64,000 bases of DNA from positions 62,001-126,000 of the forward strand of contig NMRA01000265.1 of the NCBI GenBank assembly GCA_002633005.1, given 5' to 3'. Position numbers and translations under genes: made by a program. A model generated the notes under the pieces. That model saw only the letters and a program-made list of their open reading frames with translations, had not been told where the DNA came from and did not search any database. Origin of the DNA: Phoronis australis. Lineage: Eukaryota; Animalia; Phoronida. Shown here piece after piece: positions 1 through 13,330 of the stretch (its first letter is position 1; the number at the start of each line of letters is the position of its first letter).

Positions 1-170
1 TCACAACTCCACAAGCTAACTTCTTGCGATCGAGGAAGTGAAAAGGCGACACCTATTAGTAGTCAGGTTCATTCTGTGCAAGCAGTGCCCTCAGTCGGCA
101 GTGTTGTAAGGTTTATTGCCACAGTACCAGCAGATGCACCGGCATGAACTTCATGTCTTTAGCCATTGAG

Positions 171-461
171 CAGTGGCGGATTTAGGGGGGCGGGGGACAA
201 GAGGGCCATGGCCCCCATAAAATTTTACCAGATACCATTTGGGAGTTCGGGTGCGAATTGCTGACTAGCACACGCGCGCAACCCATAGGCCTTGAACAAA
301 CCCCGTTTACCGTTTTTTTTTTAGTCAGAAGGTCGGCAAATAAACACAGAAATTCGGGACCCTGAATCCTCACATTGTAGGCTGAGCGCATCTGCCGAAA
401 TTCTGGTTATTCCTGTGCCCTGTCCCCTCTCCCCAACTCAAATCCTGCGGATCCGCCCCTG
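171..461. mobile_element. hAT-like MITE
   Basis: Termini CAGTGGCGGAT...ATCCGCCCCTG with G-rich and C-rich subterminal arms. No intact TSD visible. Confidence 0.65.
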
Positions 462-1537
462 GTTAGTTTCATCGTTCTCATAAAAAATAGCTTTTAGTAT
501 CTTTCAAGATTGACACCAATGATACGTCAGCAGTTGAGAGAACGAGAATTGGTTGAAATCTTCAAAACATGGTTTAGTATCGCGGTTTTTTAGGAAGGAA
601 TCAATTTTAATTTTTAATAAAATTTACACACCCGTTGTCACAATTTGGACAGTTGGCGTGTAAACGCAAAAAAGCGTAAGTCACACTTGCCCGTTTAGCA
701 AACTTTAAAGGAGTTTTCAAAATTTTCAGAAAACTTTTGAGGGTTTCATGGTTGGTTATAGATCATTATTTTGTTTCAGAGAACAGGATGTGAAAGAGGC
801 CAAAAACTGGATTGGGTATCCCGTTAAAAATGCAAGAACGTACTCATTTTTCCGTATTCGTAAGGCATGCGGGCACTTTTTTATTCGCATGAAATCAATA
901 GTACCCGGACATTGTTTTTGGTAAGTATACACCACTCAATGCATCTAATAACTGAAGTATCGTTTACTTTTGCATGCAAAAGTATAAAAATTAAACCTGA
1001 GTTCGAAATTTTAGATATTTTCAGAGTAGCGAACCTGCACAATAGTGAACCATCACAATGGGTGGGCTGTTTCCGTTTCCGGCGCTGTAAGCCAATAAAA
1101 CGCAAAAATACAACCAGATAAAAATTTCTTCAAGTCATTCTCAGACCAAAAAATCCCGTCCGAGTATGTAATAGGTGCAGCCTGATTTGAAAGTTTGGCG
1201 GAAGGTAACGCGAGAGCGTTCTCTTTCTGGACCACATTACAGATCCGAATTTCAGTCCTATTCTATACGAGCAATCGTCACAGCATCCTCATTTCCGTCT
1301 CGTCTCAGGAACGTAGAACTGAGAGTCATCGTCGTGTATACAGATTTTCCTTCCCCATAATTAAGCTGCGTCAAGGGCCTTACCGAAAACTCTACAGTGT
1401 CGACCTTTACAAAATATCAAAGCATTTTCGTCTCATAACTAAATGATAAGGTGGGTTGGTTTCCCCAGACTGTAAATTTTATTAACTGACCGTCTGGCTT
1501 GTTATTACGTACTTTCAAAATTTGAAGTCTACGTTAA

Positions 1538-1837
1538 AGGCGCGAAATCTAGTCTGAACGGAAACTCGAACTCCAGAGAGTTGTGGTAAACTCGACAAAC
1601 TGCATCACAAGCAGTTTTAGTACCATACGGTTACTTTTCCTATGAATTTTGGTTCTGGAAATTCGATGTTCCTAACGTAGGATGTTTGTTGGAAAACGCG
1701 TTTTGTGGATGTATGTGTGTGTGTGAAGATCTCCGTTTTCTTCGTGTAATGTGTATTTGATATTTAGAAATAAGTATTTTTAAAAGGTTTTATTTTCGAA
1801 TCTGACTGAATTTAGTCCCAGGCATGTTAGCGCGCCT
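1538..1837. mobile_element. Kolobok-like non-autonomous element
   Basis: ttaa|AGGCGCG ... CGCGCCT|ttac, with weaker inverted similarity continuing inward. Confidence 0.45.
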
Positions 1838-3208
1838 TTACCTGTGCAAAACACCTGAGTAATAGCAAGATGCAAGTTAAATTTAAAGAAAATATGTGTC
1901 GATGTAACAGACAGAGCGATAGATACTGACTTGTTCTTACATTAGAATCAATTAATGTCAAAGTTGCTACAAAACATTTTTCTGGAATTAAAATACCAGC
2001 TTCCTTTACCGGTACAACTGCTCTTTCAAAACAACACCACCGCGTTCTCATCCGTAATGTAAGAATAGTTTACTGTGAAGCACCTGCCTCCTAATAGCAA
2101 TGACTGCTTCATAACTGAAACTAAAATACCGCGGTGAGTTGATTCGGCAGGCACCGGCTAGTATATTTTTGACGCGCCTGTAGTTGGAAAGTCACCCACT
2201 GTACCCCGCTGATTTAGGGCAGTGGATTCGAACTTAATAATTTTGTTGTCGTCCGGAAAAATAAATCATTGTGATTGATTCCGTATACCTGTTCTTGTAA
2301 TGGACAGCTAATCATTAACATAAGACCTTCTGTAGATTTTTGTGTTAACAGCAACTGTAACAGAAGCCCCAGTGTTGGGCTAGAGTTTCGAGTTCCCAAA
2401 AGTGAACCCTTTGTAATACTGAACATCGGAAACGGCATCCTTTGTAGAGAAACTGGTAAAGAAAAGGACACTCATCTAAGCGGCATGTCCCGCCATACAT
2501 CTTATAGTATTGGAATCTCAAGCAGTAAATGGTTAGCCAGTTTTTTCTCAAGGATAGAAATGGTTTCTGACACGAGTTATCAACACAAGAGACCGATTTC
2601 ACAGCATTTCTTGGTAGTCACAACCGAGATGCTTTTTGCGAGGAGCGTGTTAATATTGCCGGGCCTTCAAGCTGCCACCCGAGTTACATTTTTTTATAAT
2701 TCAATTTAAAATCCTTCCGTTTAACGGGAATGAACACTACGTGTAGCGAACATTGTATTTTAACATACTCCACCAGCCACTTCACATAAATTTAGCGCAC
2801 AGCGGGAAAATAAGGTATGCGGAAATGTTTTTTCGAAAGACTGTCACAGTCTACTTCAGCTGGTCCCTCCGTGAAAACATCAAGCCACAACGGCGAGTTA
2901 TTTTTTAACTATGAATAAAGAGTAAGAACAAAAATGTATCCACGTAGCCCCCAAAATAGTATTGGATTTATTACAATACTACAGTTTCACAGGTGCGTTA
3001 GACCCTTTTGCATACCTGCCATGCGGTTTGTCAACAACAATAAGTCCCACGGAAACAACCATTTCCTGGGACAAAACAGTGAATACCACACACGATGACT
3101 GGCAATTTTCTAGTCAATCCTTTTCTTGTGTTGGTTCAAGCCGCCATGGGCATGTTTTGTACCATAAAAGAAAAGCCAAAGCAATGGTGAATGTTCAATA
3201 ATACTTAA

Positions 3209-3214
3209 TTTATT
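3209..3214 (-). terminator. Probable polyadenylation signal AATAAA, implying a 3'UTR of about 1.2 kb
   Basis: tttatt on the + strand, followed on the - strand by a U/GU-rich tract. A second AATAAA lies at 2967-2972. Confidence 0.55.
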
Positions 3215-4392
3215 AATATCATTCATTCATTGAAACAGCACATTTTGGCAATAGAGGGGGAAGAAGTTTCCATTTCTACCGATAGGATACCACTAAGTCG
3301 CACCACTGATTAGCATACATGAATAACGAAAACGAATCTCCACTATAACTGTGATAAATACATGTACAGAAGAAAGTGTTGAAGATAAAAACCATTTGCA
3401 ACTGACCTTTAGAGACAAGAAGACAATCATGTGACTTTCATTCTTAACCAGAAGGGAGAATCGCCTTCCACTTCTCCATTCTAACGAAATAAAATACCTC
3501 GAAATGATTTAATAGGTATTGATAAAAAATCATGGACAAGGTGAAAAAAATCCCCATGTGAAATTTAACCGATGATCGTCACTAACAATGGTAAATCCTG
3601 CAATCCTACGTAAGAAGTACCACACTTCCACAGACACAGAATCTGAGATTTTGTCAGGATAAAATTCCAATTTCAATCTAGGTCATTCAATATCATTCAG
3701 TGAATTTGCTCTACCCATGGGCAGGCCAGGGAAGACAACGAGGATGGAAGTCATTTTAGACTGAAACTATTGGAGGCAAGCACGTGGCAACAAAACTCAG
3801 TCATGCCTACAGATGATGTGTATGTACAAAATGAAGTTTCACACGGAAATACTAAAATAACAATAACATAGTAGTATGGCCATTACAAATCTACAAATAT
3901 ACAAATAAAATGCAAAAGAAATGAGGTATACTGCTGTAATATAGAACATTTATAAATAACCTAAACAAACTAAAACTGATATTTACACTTTGTAAGTAAA
4001 AACAACATTCGCAGCACATTTGCATGATTTGTAGAAGGTAATGATGAACCCTGAATTTTACAAGCAGCATCCTTGTTACTGGAAGACTTCAAGGGATGGG
4101 CCAGTTTTGAGGGGAACAAAAATGTGGATTTTGTATCAGAATTTCCTGAAGTGTCTATCAATCAGCTGAATGCAGAGCTGCTTCACAATTCTATAAATAC
4201 AAATGTCACTTCTACACATCACAACCATACTCTTAGCACAACAGATTCATCAGTTTGACACTGAGCATTTGAAACCTTGCTATAATGCTAGGACACCATT
4301 AGGTCCGATAATGAATGAACGTGATTTCTGACTACAGGTGTTCATAGACCACATATGAAATGACTAGCTAAGGAGACTCGCAACCACAAATG

Positions 4393-7025
4393 TCACACAT
4401 AAGACTCTTCTGAAAACTTGAGAGACTCCTCAAGCGAACGATCTTTAGTCAGCTCGGGGTCTCTGTTCAAGCACAGCCCATTAAGAGGCTCACCACTGTA
4501 GAAGTAGTCCGGCACAGTTTTAACAGATTGTTTTGCTTCCAACTGTTTTGATGGCGATACTCGCGGACTAGTTTTTTCGGTAGCGTAGTGCGCGTTAATA
4601 TCTGGAGGTGGTCGGTACGGTGGAGGATCCCCCCGTCTGGATAACATGGAGGGTGGGGTCGACTCCTTCGACGACCTACTTTCAAAGTCTGTCTGAGAGT
4701 CCTTCAATGACACACTGCGATTCTTCGAGTTAGGAGGGCTGTTTTCGTCCATGCCTGAAGTTAATTTCAGACTATTCTCCCTACTCACTTCGGGACTATG
4801 TCGTTTCCTCGAAAAACTATTTTCCCTACTAGCCGATGTACACCTCTTACAGTCTACCCCTGCGAGAACATCACACGCGCACTCACCAGTCTTTGCACTA
4901 CTTGACATTACAACATCCTTGCTGACGCTGCTCTCGCGACTATTTGTTCGAGAGGTGCTACTTTCTCGAGATGAACCATCGCTGTTGTGGGGTGGAAGAT
5001 AGAACAGCGGATGCTCACCCGATAACTGTTTACAATGAGTCTGCGCAGTGCTTTTTGACTCGTCACTCTGGGTGGTTCGCCTATCGGGGCTCGGCTGACG
5101 CCAGTGACTGGTGTTGAACGGAACCGGTTTTAGCCGTTTGATATTGCTCTGTCCTATTTTGTTGATGTGCTCACAAGAGTCGCTCTTACTGCGGTAAAGA
5201 CCAGGACCATGTTTAACTGACTCAACAACACAGAGATTGTTCATTAAGTTCATGTCTACTCCTTTTCGCTGCACATTAAAATTCAAGTCAACATACGTTG
5301 GACTAGACTGGTCACTGGGAGCGTCCTTATGCTGTTCTGCGTATTGCTGCTGGGACTTTTCAAACAGTTCCCTTGCCCGAGCACTTTTAACAGTTTGACG
5401 GATGCGCTCGATTTCGGACGCACCGCTTTCAATTAGAGATTTACGTTCCAAAGCCTCACTGTACGATGGTGGATTCGCCGGACGTCTCATTTGCACTTCA
5501 TCCCTAGGGGGGAGAATTGCCGACGCTCCGGCTTTGTCACTCATGGCAAACGCAAGACGTGAATCACTGGCCGACTTTTCAATGAAGTGCGGTTCCTCAC
5601 TTTTCAAGACATCTAACCTCACACTTCCATTAGCAACCTGTTCCTCCGGTATTCGCACGCTTGACAGAGAGTTATCCAGAGCATTCAGCCGTGGTGACAA
5701 TGATCCATGGAACGTGTTCCTCTTCAGCAGACCAGGTCGCACCGGGGACAGGCTCAACTCAGTCAAAGGCGACTTTTCCGAGCCTAACGTACGTGGCAGA
5801 CTACGCGACTTTAATTGAGGCGTCAACTTCCTCAGTACTACTTGCGGCGGAGGAGAGCCGAGGCTAGGGTCATAAAACGGTTTTACTGGCATGCTGTTTC
5901 TTTTAGCTGCCATTGACAGGGTCAAGTGTCCCTTCGGTGGTAAGGGTGGTGGGTTTGAGTCGTCCGGAAGTTTGATTTCTGGCACGTTTTTGCTGAATGA
6001 CACTGGTGAATTGCGTTCAGGTGAACTTGGCTCACTGGAAGCTTTTGGCTTGAAACTAGTTGACATGGCCGTAGTTCCGCGCGATGCAATGCCATCTGTT
6101 TTCTCCATGATTGGATCGGAACTCCTCCTGCCTTCGGTGGGCGATTCGATCTGCGGTGGCGATGGCGCGGGACCTTTATTACGTCGGAATATCCGGTGAT
6201 ATGGTGGAGGCGTTGTCTCCGATGTCAAACTCTCTTGTGATGAGTACGAATAACCAGATAAGGGAGAGGTGGGTGGAGTCTCATGCGACGATTGACGGCG
6301 CATGCGCTCCTGAATGCGTGCCTGGTGTACCTTCGTGGGATTGGCACTGCCAGAGAACAGTTCTTCATCGATATATAAATGGCACCCACTGGCGGACTTG
6401 GTGATGATTCCCATGTCATGACGCTGACTACGCTGTGTATAATAGTCCTTCAGCGAGCTGTCGTCGTCAAGACTACCCAAGTCAGAGTCATTAGAAACCC
6501 GTTTCTGCGGCATGTTGCACCTCATGTTTCTCATGAGGTCTGCATTGGCACTTTGGGAGAAAGAACTCGCCTGATCGTGCGCAGGCCTTCGACTATTTAG
6601 ATTAGCACCGGAATACGACTGCATCAGTTTGTATGCCTCGGGGTTCTGAGCATTCAACAGATGCTGTGGTTCTGAACCACGCCGAGGCTTTCCCTTGCGG
6701 GGAGGTGGTACCGGGTTACCAGCCTGCATGACCTCGGGCACGTGATCATAGCTGCGACTTTGCGGTGCCACTTCCACCTTCTCCGCTGAGCGATCATGTC
6801 GCTGTGAAATGCTCCGACTATACACGTGTTTAATGTCTGTGAACAGGTTGTCGCATTCGTTGTCCTCATCGAACAACTGTGAGTCACTGAGAGTTAGGCC
6901 GGAGTCTCGGCTCAAGTTAGTTGGCGACAAATGACTCTTGGTCATTTTTGGACTAGATTCCATCTCACTCAATAATTCGTTGCACTCCAAACTGTCTAGC
7001 GATGACTCCTTGTGATTCACCATGC
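4393..7025 (-). CDS. ARHGAP20: ARHGAP20/TAGAP-like gene, terminal coding exon (Ser/Pro-rich disordered tail ending EESYV-stop)
   Basis: Lies within the 887-aa ORF. Acceptor ttcgtattgcag|GCATG at 7025, phase 1, matching the upstream exon (G|GC=Gly). TGA at 4393-4395. Confidence 0.92.
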
Positions 7026-7553
7026 CTGCAATACGAAAACAACCATGTAGTTTCACATGAAAAATAAACCACTTCTATTCCACCATCGTGGTGAACAGTT
7101 TGTCAAGTTAAACAAACACAGGATCTTTGCAGGTTTTTACTTAAAACAGACAAGACATTTTGAGACTATAATGGGTTGATACCTTCACAAACTATCAGGT
7201 TTGGCTTTAGCTACCACAAAAAGATTCTGTAAAACTCGAGGAAGAGAATATGCTTTATACTCGATCTACAATAGCACTGCGGGAAGCCTACCACTGTGTA
7301 GACGGTAATACTACTTGAAAGTGTCAATGAGACTCGAAATTCACTTGGTGGTTGTGACAAGAAAGCTGTCACATTCACCTACATGTGGGTATACGTGGGA
7401 GTCCCACACAAATACCTGCATGCGTCGAAAGAGCAAGGACCAATGTTCCTCAAGTTCCACTTTGTGAATTTCAAGCTCCCATTGCATAGTTCTCTTCTGC
7501 TGCTCTTACTATTACAGCAAACAGTCAAACTAATTCATAGTGTGAAATCTCAC

Positions 7554-7903
7554 CTGGTACATCCTGTATACTGAGCAGGCTATGAAGGCTATCTGAGTCT
7601 GTGCTGGAGTCCTGCCTTGACTTGGGCTCCACCAGTTCACCAAACAGTTTAATGCAGTCTTCGCCTAGCACGTCTTCGCAATTCTCAATCAGGTACTGAA
7701 GCAACACTGGCACCTTCTTGGAAGCGAGGGTCTGCGTGGCCGGTCCGGCCGTCAGGTGAGGCCATAACAGACTCGGGCCCACACAGATGGCCAGGTTGTA
7801 AGCATTCATGTTGTTCTCCTCAGACTTCTGGTCAATGTGATAGAGGATACACATGAAGTGGCGCAGCAGGTCCAGGTTCTCGGCCGGCAGTTTCTGAAGA
7901 AGC
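7554..7903 (-). CDS. ARHGAP20: Exon encoding C-terminal half of the RhoGAP domain
   Basis: LLQKLPAENLDLLRHFMCILYHIDQKSEENNMNAYNLAICVGPSLLWP is the typical RhoGAP N-x-M-x-x-x-NLA motif. Acceptor tcttcag|, donor G|gtgaga; phase 2 to 1. Confidence 0.95.
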
Positions 7904-7981
7904 CTGAAGAAGAATAATAAGAATAAGAATACATTTATGAGTCTTATCAAGACTTCTTCATTGTGTTTCCTAGATCAAATG

Positions 7982-8088
7982 GTAATCGTTCCTTACAAGG
8001 GCCACGTATTTTGAGAACCAGCTTCTCCACTGAGTAAGGGGACACAAACTGGTTCTCAAAACCTGGGACCCCCGTAATTGACTACTGC
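7982..8088. mobile_element. Small palindromic MITE, copy 1
   Basis: ttttgagaacca...tggttctcaaaa inverted repeat; homologous to 20084-20192. Confidence 0.7.
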
Positions 8089-8942
8089 AGCGAGAACTCT
8101 CCTACTCTCCTCTTATAGAACAGAAACAGAGACTTCTATTCCACAACTCAACATTTCGACCTTACTGACCAATCATTTCTGTGGCCCCAATTTCCTCGGG
8201 TACAATAGGAAGGTCCCAGGCATTGTGATTTTATAAATCTGTGTTTACGGGAATTTCTCGTGTCGACACAATACAGCCCCTGTGTAACACCAATTAGTAG
8301 AAAAGAAATGAAAGCAATAACTTTTAGCCATATGCACCATCGTGACAGGGAGAACACAGACCACTAAGCTTTTATATTTCATTTCACACTCATCAGTGAT
8401 TTACACTACAGTGTGAGTGCTTAATAGCACCATACATTATAATGGCCTACAAAAATCCAAATCAGCACTTTGAACAGGCCTGCTATCGTTTTCTGTTGAT
8501 AAATCTAATAAAGATGAGGTCACTACACATCACCCTGTAGCAAGGAGCCTTGCTAGGTCATGCTGTGACCCCGAATAGTCACTGTAACCAGCCTAACCAC
8601 AAACACAAACCGTGTCCAATCAAGGGGAAACATTGAACAAAAGAGCTGACATGGAGAAGATGTTTTTACCTCAGGTTGTCAGTGCGGCGTGCACGTTACA
8701 CATCAAGACTGACTGGCTATAACCAACCAAGTATAAACAGCTCAGGTGAGATAAGTAAGCCCAATGAAGATACAAAGAAGCAAGGAAGACCATGTAATGG
8801 GTACCTACTAAAAATAACAAAAAGGTAACATTGCTGAGACGGACAACATAAATATCATACCCTACAGATATCATCTGAAGGAGACTATGTTCCTGATGAC
8901 AGAACACGCCTACAGGCAATGATAACAAACGAGGGTTCTTAC

Positions 8943-9052
8943 GTTTTAACGGCTTGTATTCGCTCGTCTTTGTCTTGAAGATCGTTTGTCTCCGTCCACT
9001 GTTCGTAGAGGTCACACTGAAGTAGAGAATCTGGCAAACTGCGCAGGAAGTC
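8943..9052 (-). CDS. ARHGAP20: RhoGAP exon (DFLRSLPDSLLQCDLYEQWTETNDLQDKDERIQAVK)
   Basis: K|DFLRSLP RhoGAP motif. Acceptor tgttttag|, donor AC|gtaag; 110 nt, phase 0 to 2. Confidence 0.93.
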
Positions 9053-9472
9053 CTAAAACAAGACAGTCGCATGATAAAAAACAATGCGGCATAATCTACA
9101 ATATTTTCAAATGGTTACTCTAAAAATATCCACTGTATCAGTTTAAAAACATCAAAGAAACTATCGCACGTTAAGAGCAACATAGTTAAACCATAACGTG
9201 CTCAATGTTGTTTACAAAGCACTCGACATATCCTGAACTATTGAGTGTCCCATTGTCAACTTAAACTCCGTGTGAATAAATACCCGAATAATACAGTAAT
9301 CAATGCTTCCTGAATAATTGCACCGAGCAGGTCATATCTGAATGTGAAATAGCCTAACAGTAACACAACACAATCATCACTGCACGTGAAATAGTAAAGA
9401 TTTCCTTTCTTCAACACACCAAGTCAAGTGATGACACAGTAACGTAACACAGACTGCATTAGCCAACCTTAC

Positions 9473-9637
9473 CTTCAGCGTGGCCCCATGGACAAGCACA
9501 GACATCTCCTCTAGACCACTCTCTTCCTCTCCACAGTCCAGCTTCTCTTTAATCTCTTTACACACACGTGCATTGGCAGACTTACGAAATATGCCTGGCG
9601 TAAACGGGCCATGGTGAAATAGACACTGGAGAAGTTC
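9473..9637 (-). CDS. ARHGAP20: RhoGAP exon containing the arginine finger (ELLQCLFHHGPFTPGIFRKSANARVCKEIKEKLD...)
   Basis: GIFRKS at 9578-9595. Acceptor tttctag|, donor AAG|gtaagg; 165 nt, phase 0 to 0. Confidence 0.95.
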
Positions 9638-10219
9638 CTAGAAATAACGTTACATGTCTCTTAGAAAACTGTGAACACAGGCGAGCAACTCCAACATTTT
9701 AACTGCAGCATACTAGAACATGGTACGCACAAGCTGCGTCTTCTCACTAGCACCACCTGCCGAGTTAGCCTGGCATGTAGGTCTACTTAATACGGTTTGT
9801 TGTGTAGTTAGAGTTTGCAAGTGCACTTCCTGAACTAGTGCCAAGAATTCTATTAAAGGCATACATCAAAAGGCTTTTCAAAGCAAAAGTTTCCTTTCGT
9901 GCATATAGGCAGTAAAATGGATACCAGAAATTTCCTGTCCAGATACACAAACCGGAAGCGGAGATGCACACTGGAAGAGAGTGGCACTTTCCCTAGGAAT
10001 GTCATCAGCAAATACTGGAGTTGCGAATAAATTGTCTGTGATTGATGATTAAATTAAAGTCGGTTGAAGTTTTTGATAAAACTCAACAGGACTTCTTCAT
10101 TTGTCAAACAAAAAAATATGACACACAGTGATGAAAAACACCAGAGTTTATCTTCTAAAAACAAGAAAAATGAGTAAACCTTTTTCGTAACTCAACGCAC
10201 TTAGCTGTGCTGCACTCAC

Positions 10220-10392
10220 CAGAATTTGTTTTGGAAGACCTTCCTCAGAGCACACTTCTGATAGCGAGTGACCAAAGAGCTTCCCAGTTATGGGTGACAA
10301 GGGCTCATCTATCTTACTGGAAGACTTCTTGAATAAGTTAATCAGCGGTGACTTCTTCGACTTCTTTGACTTTTTTGTGGAACCCGTTTCAT
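10220..10392 (-). CDS. ARHGAP20: Exon encoding a basic linker and start of the RhoGAP domain (KLFGHSLSEVCSEEGLPKQIL)
   Basis: LFGxxL RhoGAP start. Acceptor ttttcag|, donor CTG|gtgagt; 173 nt, phase 1 to 0. Confidence 0.92.
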
Positions 10393-10705
10393 CTGAAAAT
10401 GGCCACATAGCGATGTTACATTGCGGACATGTTATATAGAAGAGGAATGGACACACTAAAGAAAATGTGCTAAGTTTCTTGATTTTACTTCAACAAGTTT
10501 ACGTCATTCACGCAAACATGTATTGGTTGGAAGCAAATTGCGTAACAAAGGGTAGCTGACGAACTCCATAAACAGTTCAATGTATTACACAAGACCAATT
10601 AAGTGATCACAAAAACTGTAAACAAACACATTCTAAACATAATGAAATGAAGCGGACATATTACGCTTCTTTTGATCACTACTGCAAGGGTATAAGCGGA
10701 GTTGT

Positions 10706-10885
10706 CTATTGGCACGTTCGCCACATTTAATGTCTCAACACAATACGAAGCTACGTTGCTCTACCAATGACGTTACCGAAACTCGGTGTTGGCAGCTAGG
10801 AGATAGCCATGGCTATTGGCACGTCCACCAAATTTAATGTCTCAATAGAACGCATTAAGCTACTTCATTCCTATACCAGTGATAA
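10706..10885. repeat. Diverged tandem duplication, period about 107 bp
   Basis: ctattggcacgt..c.ccac/aatttaatgtctcaa...aagctac begins at 10706 and again at 10813. Confidence 0.75.
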
Positions 10886-11323
10886 CCAGCAAGCAGATAG
10901 CAATTACTGTTCCATTCCAAAGGTGTTACATAATGTCTGACAGTGAGCACATTTACAAGATATGATGTTAGGACAAGACAAGAGTGATGTAATCCTCTTC
11001 TCAGAATGAATGGAGTACACACAACCACCACAGTTCTGCAACATTACATTAAACAGTCTCCCAGAGAGTGACAAACAACAAGGATACAATAGAGAAAGCA
11101 ATGAAGATCTTCATGAATGAAGTTTAACCAATAAAGGGAACAAAGACCATGCCTCTCAAGGACCATTCCCTTGAAGCAGCTGGCTCAGCTGAAATGAGCT
11201 GATAACTTTTGGAAAGGCTGCCTAAAAATTCCAACAGTGATAAACCGTTCAAAACCTGAGGGAGACATTTCTCAGCGACGGACATTCTGGAGTAACAAAC
11301 ACAGCTCGGTAATGGAAACTTAC

Positions 11324-11506
11324 CCAGACTGAACTTCTTTAGCGGCTTTTTGCCGTGCTTGAGCACAAACTGACACTGATAGTTTCTGTCGGACACCTTG
11401 TCCGGGCTGGTGTCCATGTCTTGGACAGGAAGTACCGAGCCATCCGAGTCTACCCGTGACTGGTCGCGGATGTGACTCATCTTAATGGAGTATGGGTGCT
11501 CATGGC
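11324..11506 (-). CDS. ARHGAP20: Exon encoding C-terminal part of the RA domain (GHEHPYSIKMSHIRD...CQFVLK)
   Basis: Matches the recalled ARHGAP20 motif GHEYPYGIKMSHLRD. Acceptor ttgcag|, donor G|gtaagt; 183 nt, phase 1 to 1. Confidence 0.92.
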
Positions 11507-13296
11507 CTGCAATGAGATAAAGTAGGCCATTGTAATTTGGCGTTCCTTCAGAGCAAGTTGGGTGCAAATACATTCTCAACGGTTCACATAACTTGTAGCA
11601 TTGTATCCCTACTAAACTTGAATGTACCCTATCAACATGAAAACATGTGTCCTACAGACCTGGTGCCATAAACACTGAAACATGTCATACCAAACAACTG
11701 CATTGCTATTTCAAACAAAAAGAACAGAAAATCAATGAACCAACAGTGGAACTATGCCCTCTCACTCACTGTAACAGCAGGTAGCAGGAATGTAATACTT
11801 GGGGATAGTAGGTAGAATTTGAATGTGCAGCTAACTATTACAGGTGTGTTGACCTAAGTAACTTACGGTAATGCATGAATTTATAAGAGGTGTAAAAGTG
11901 TGTGTTCATGACTCCCCAACTAGAAGCAATGCCCCCCTCACTGAAAAAGGTTGTAGAATGAATTAACTAGACAGAAAACCAACTGTACTTTAAATGTAAA
12001 AGTACACTAGCCCATATGGTTACACAGAGAGAGAGATAAGTGTTTGCTTAAAACACAAAATACAAAGCACAGAGAGGAATTCATGTCTCTTTTATCAGAC
12101 AATTCAATGAGTGGAGGACCCAACCTTTCACAATGCAAACACTGTAAGTTGGTTATTGGCACAGCATTCTATCAAGTTATTGCGTTTTCATTATAGGGCA
12201 TGTGTATATAAGCTTGAGAATACTGGTAGTTTGTGCAATCAAGAACGGCAATAAAATAAGTCATTTTAAACCACATCCATCAACCATAAGCCTGTCTGAG
12301 AACCAAATGTGGAGTAAAAGTGTGCTGGTCTACTGTAAGATGTATGCAACATTCTTTGCAAGGTGGCATTTAAAAGGGAACACCCGCCAAGTTCTCCTAA
12401 AACACATTGATGGAGGCACAATGCCTGGATACGATTCAGCAAAATTGATATGGGTCTCAAGTGGCCATAAAACTTAGGGATCACAGAAGTGAGTTTGTCA
12501 TGATCCCCTAATCCAGCAATAAATGAAGGAATGCTATGGCTAGAGATGGCATGATTCCGCCATCATTATCAACAATACACGCTTTATTTCCAGGGGTAGA
12601 CTGAAAGGACAAGGCCAACTTAGGTTAAGATGCACAAATGTTTGCAACAATTGCACAGCAAATGTTTGCACCCCATTTAAAAGGAAAGAATAAATCAGTG
12701 GGTGGCCACCTTTTCTATGCTACTAAGACAGGCTACTGGGCTTATAAACAAATTGTATGTATGTATATTATAATATGACCAGAAACTGGAGTGATGGCAA
12801 CGTTTCTCATTGAAATAAAAACAAAGAAAATAAAGATGCACAAAAAACAAATTGTATGCAAAATTAAAAATATGACTGAAACTCCTGCCACACAGGAATG
12901 CTTACAGCAAATATTAAAATCGATGCGCACATTAATATCGCCGTGGGGTCCCTAAGTGACATTTGTACCTTACAGCAAGATTATTACCTCAACACAAATA
13001 ATTATCAGGAGAGGACAAAATAGATAATTTCGGCAAGATACCCACAGACACCTGGGAGGAGTTATCTAGAAGTAGTTAATATTTACAAATACAAGTCTGT
13101 AGACACCTGCCCTTGTTAGAAAAACATGACAAACTGGGCAAAAATTCTATTTTCTTAATCGAAGAAGCTCCTCCAAAGTTTCAAAACAGGAATATCTTTG
13201 CTAACCTTTCGTATCCTAGAGGGTTTATCAAGTTCTCGAATGTTAAAAAAACTAATCATCAGGTAAAAAATGAGTTTAATAAGTGATAAATCTTAC

Positions 13297-13330
13297 CTTG
13301 ACTAATTAATAACTGGGACAATATAGTCAT
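13297..13330 (-). CDS. Candidate internal alternative first coding exon (MTILSQLLISQG)
   Basis: gccATG start, strong AAG|gtaaga donor, and phase 1 matching the next exon at 11506. Confidence 0.5.

Noticed and set aside
4467-6887. Antisense and alternate-frame ORFs (for example 5402-5818 and 5891-6199)
   Set aside because: These are shadows of the large GC-richer coding exon, with no independent motifs.
7026-7056. ATG start of the 887-aa ORF as a stand-alone gene
   Set aside because: The first residues are intronic. An in-phase acceptor at 7025 links this exon to the RhoGAP exons.
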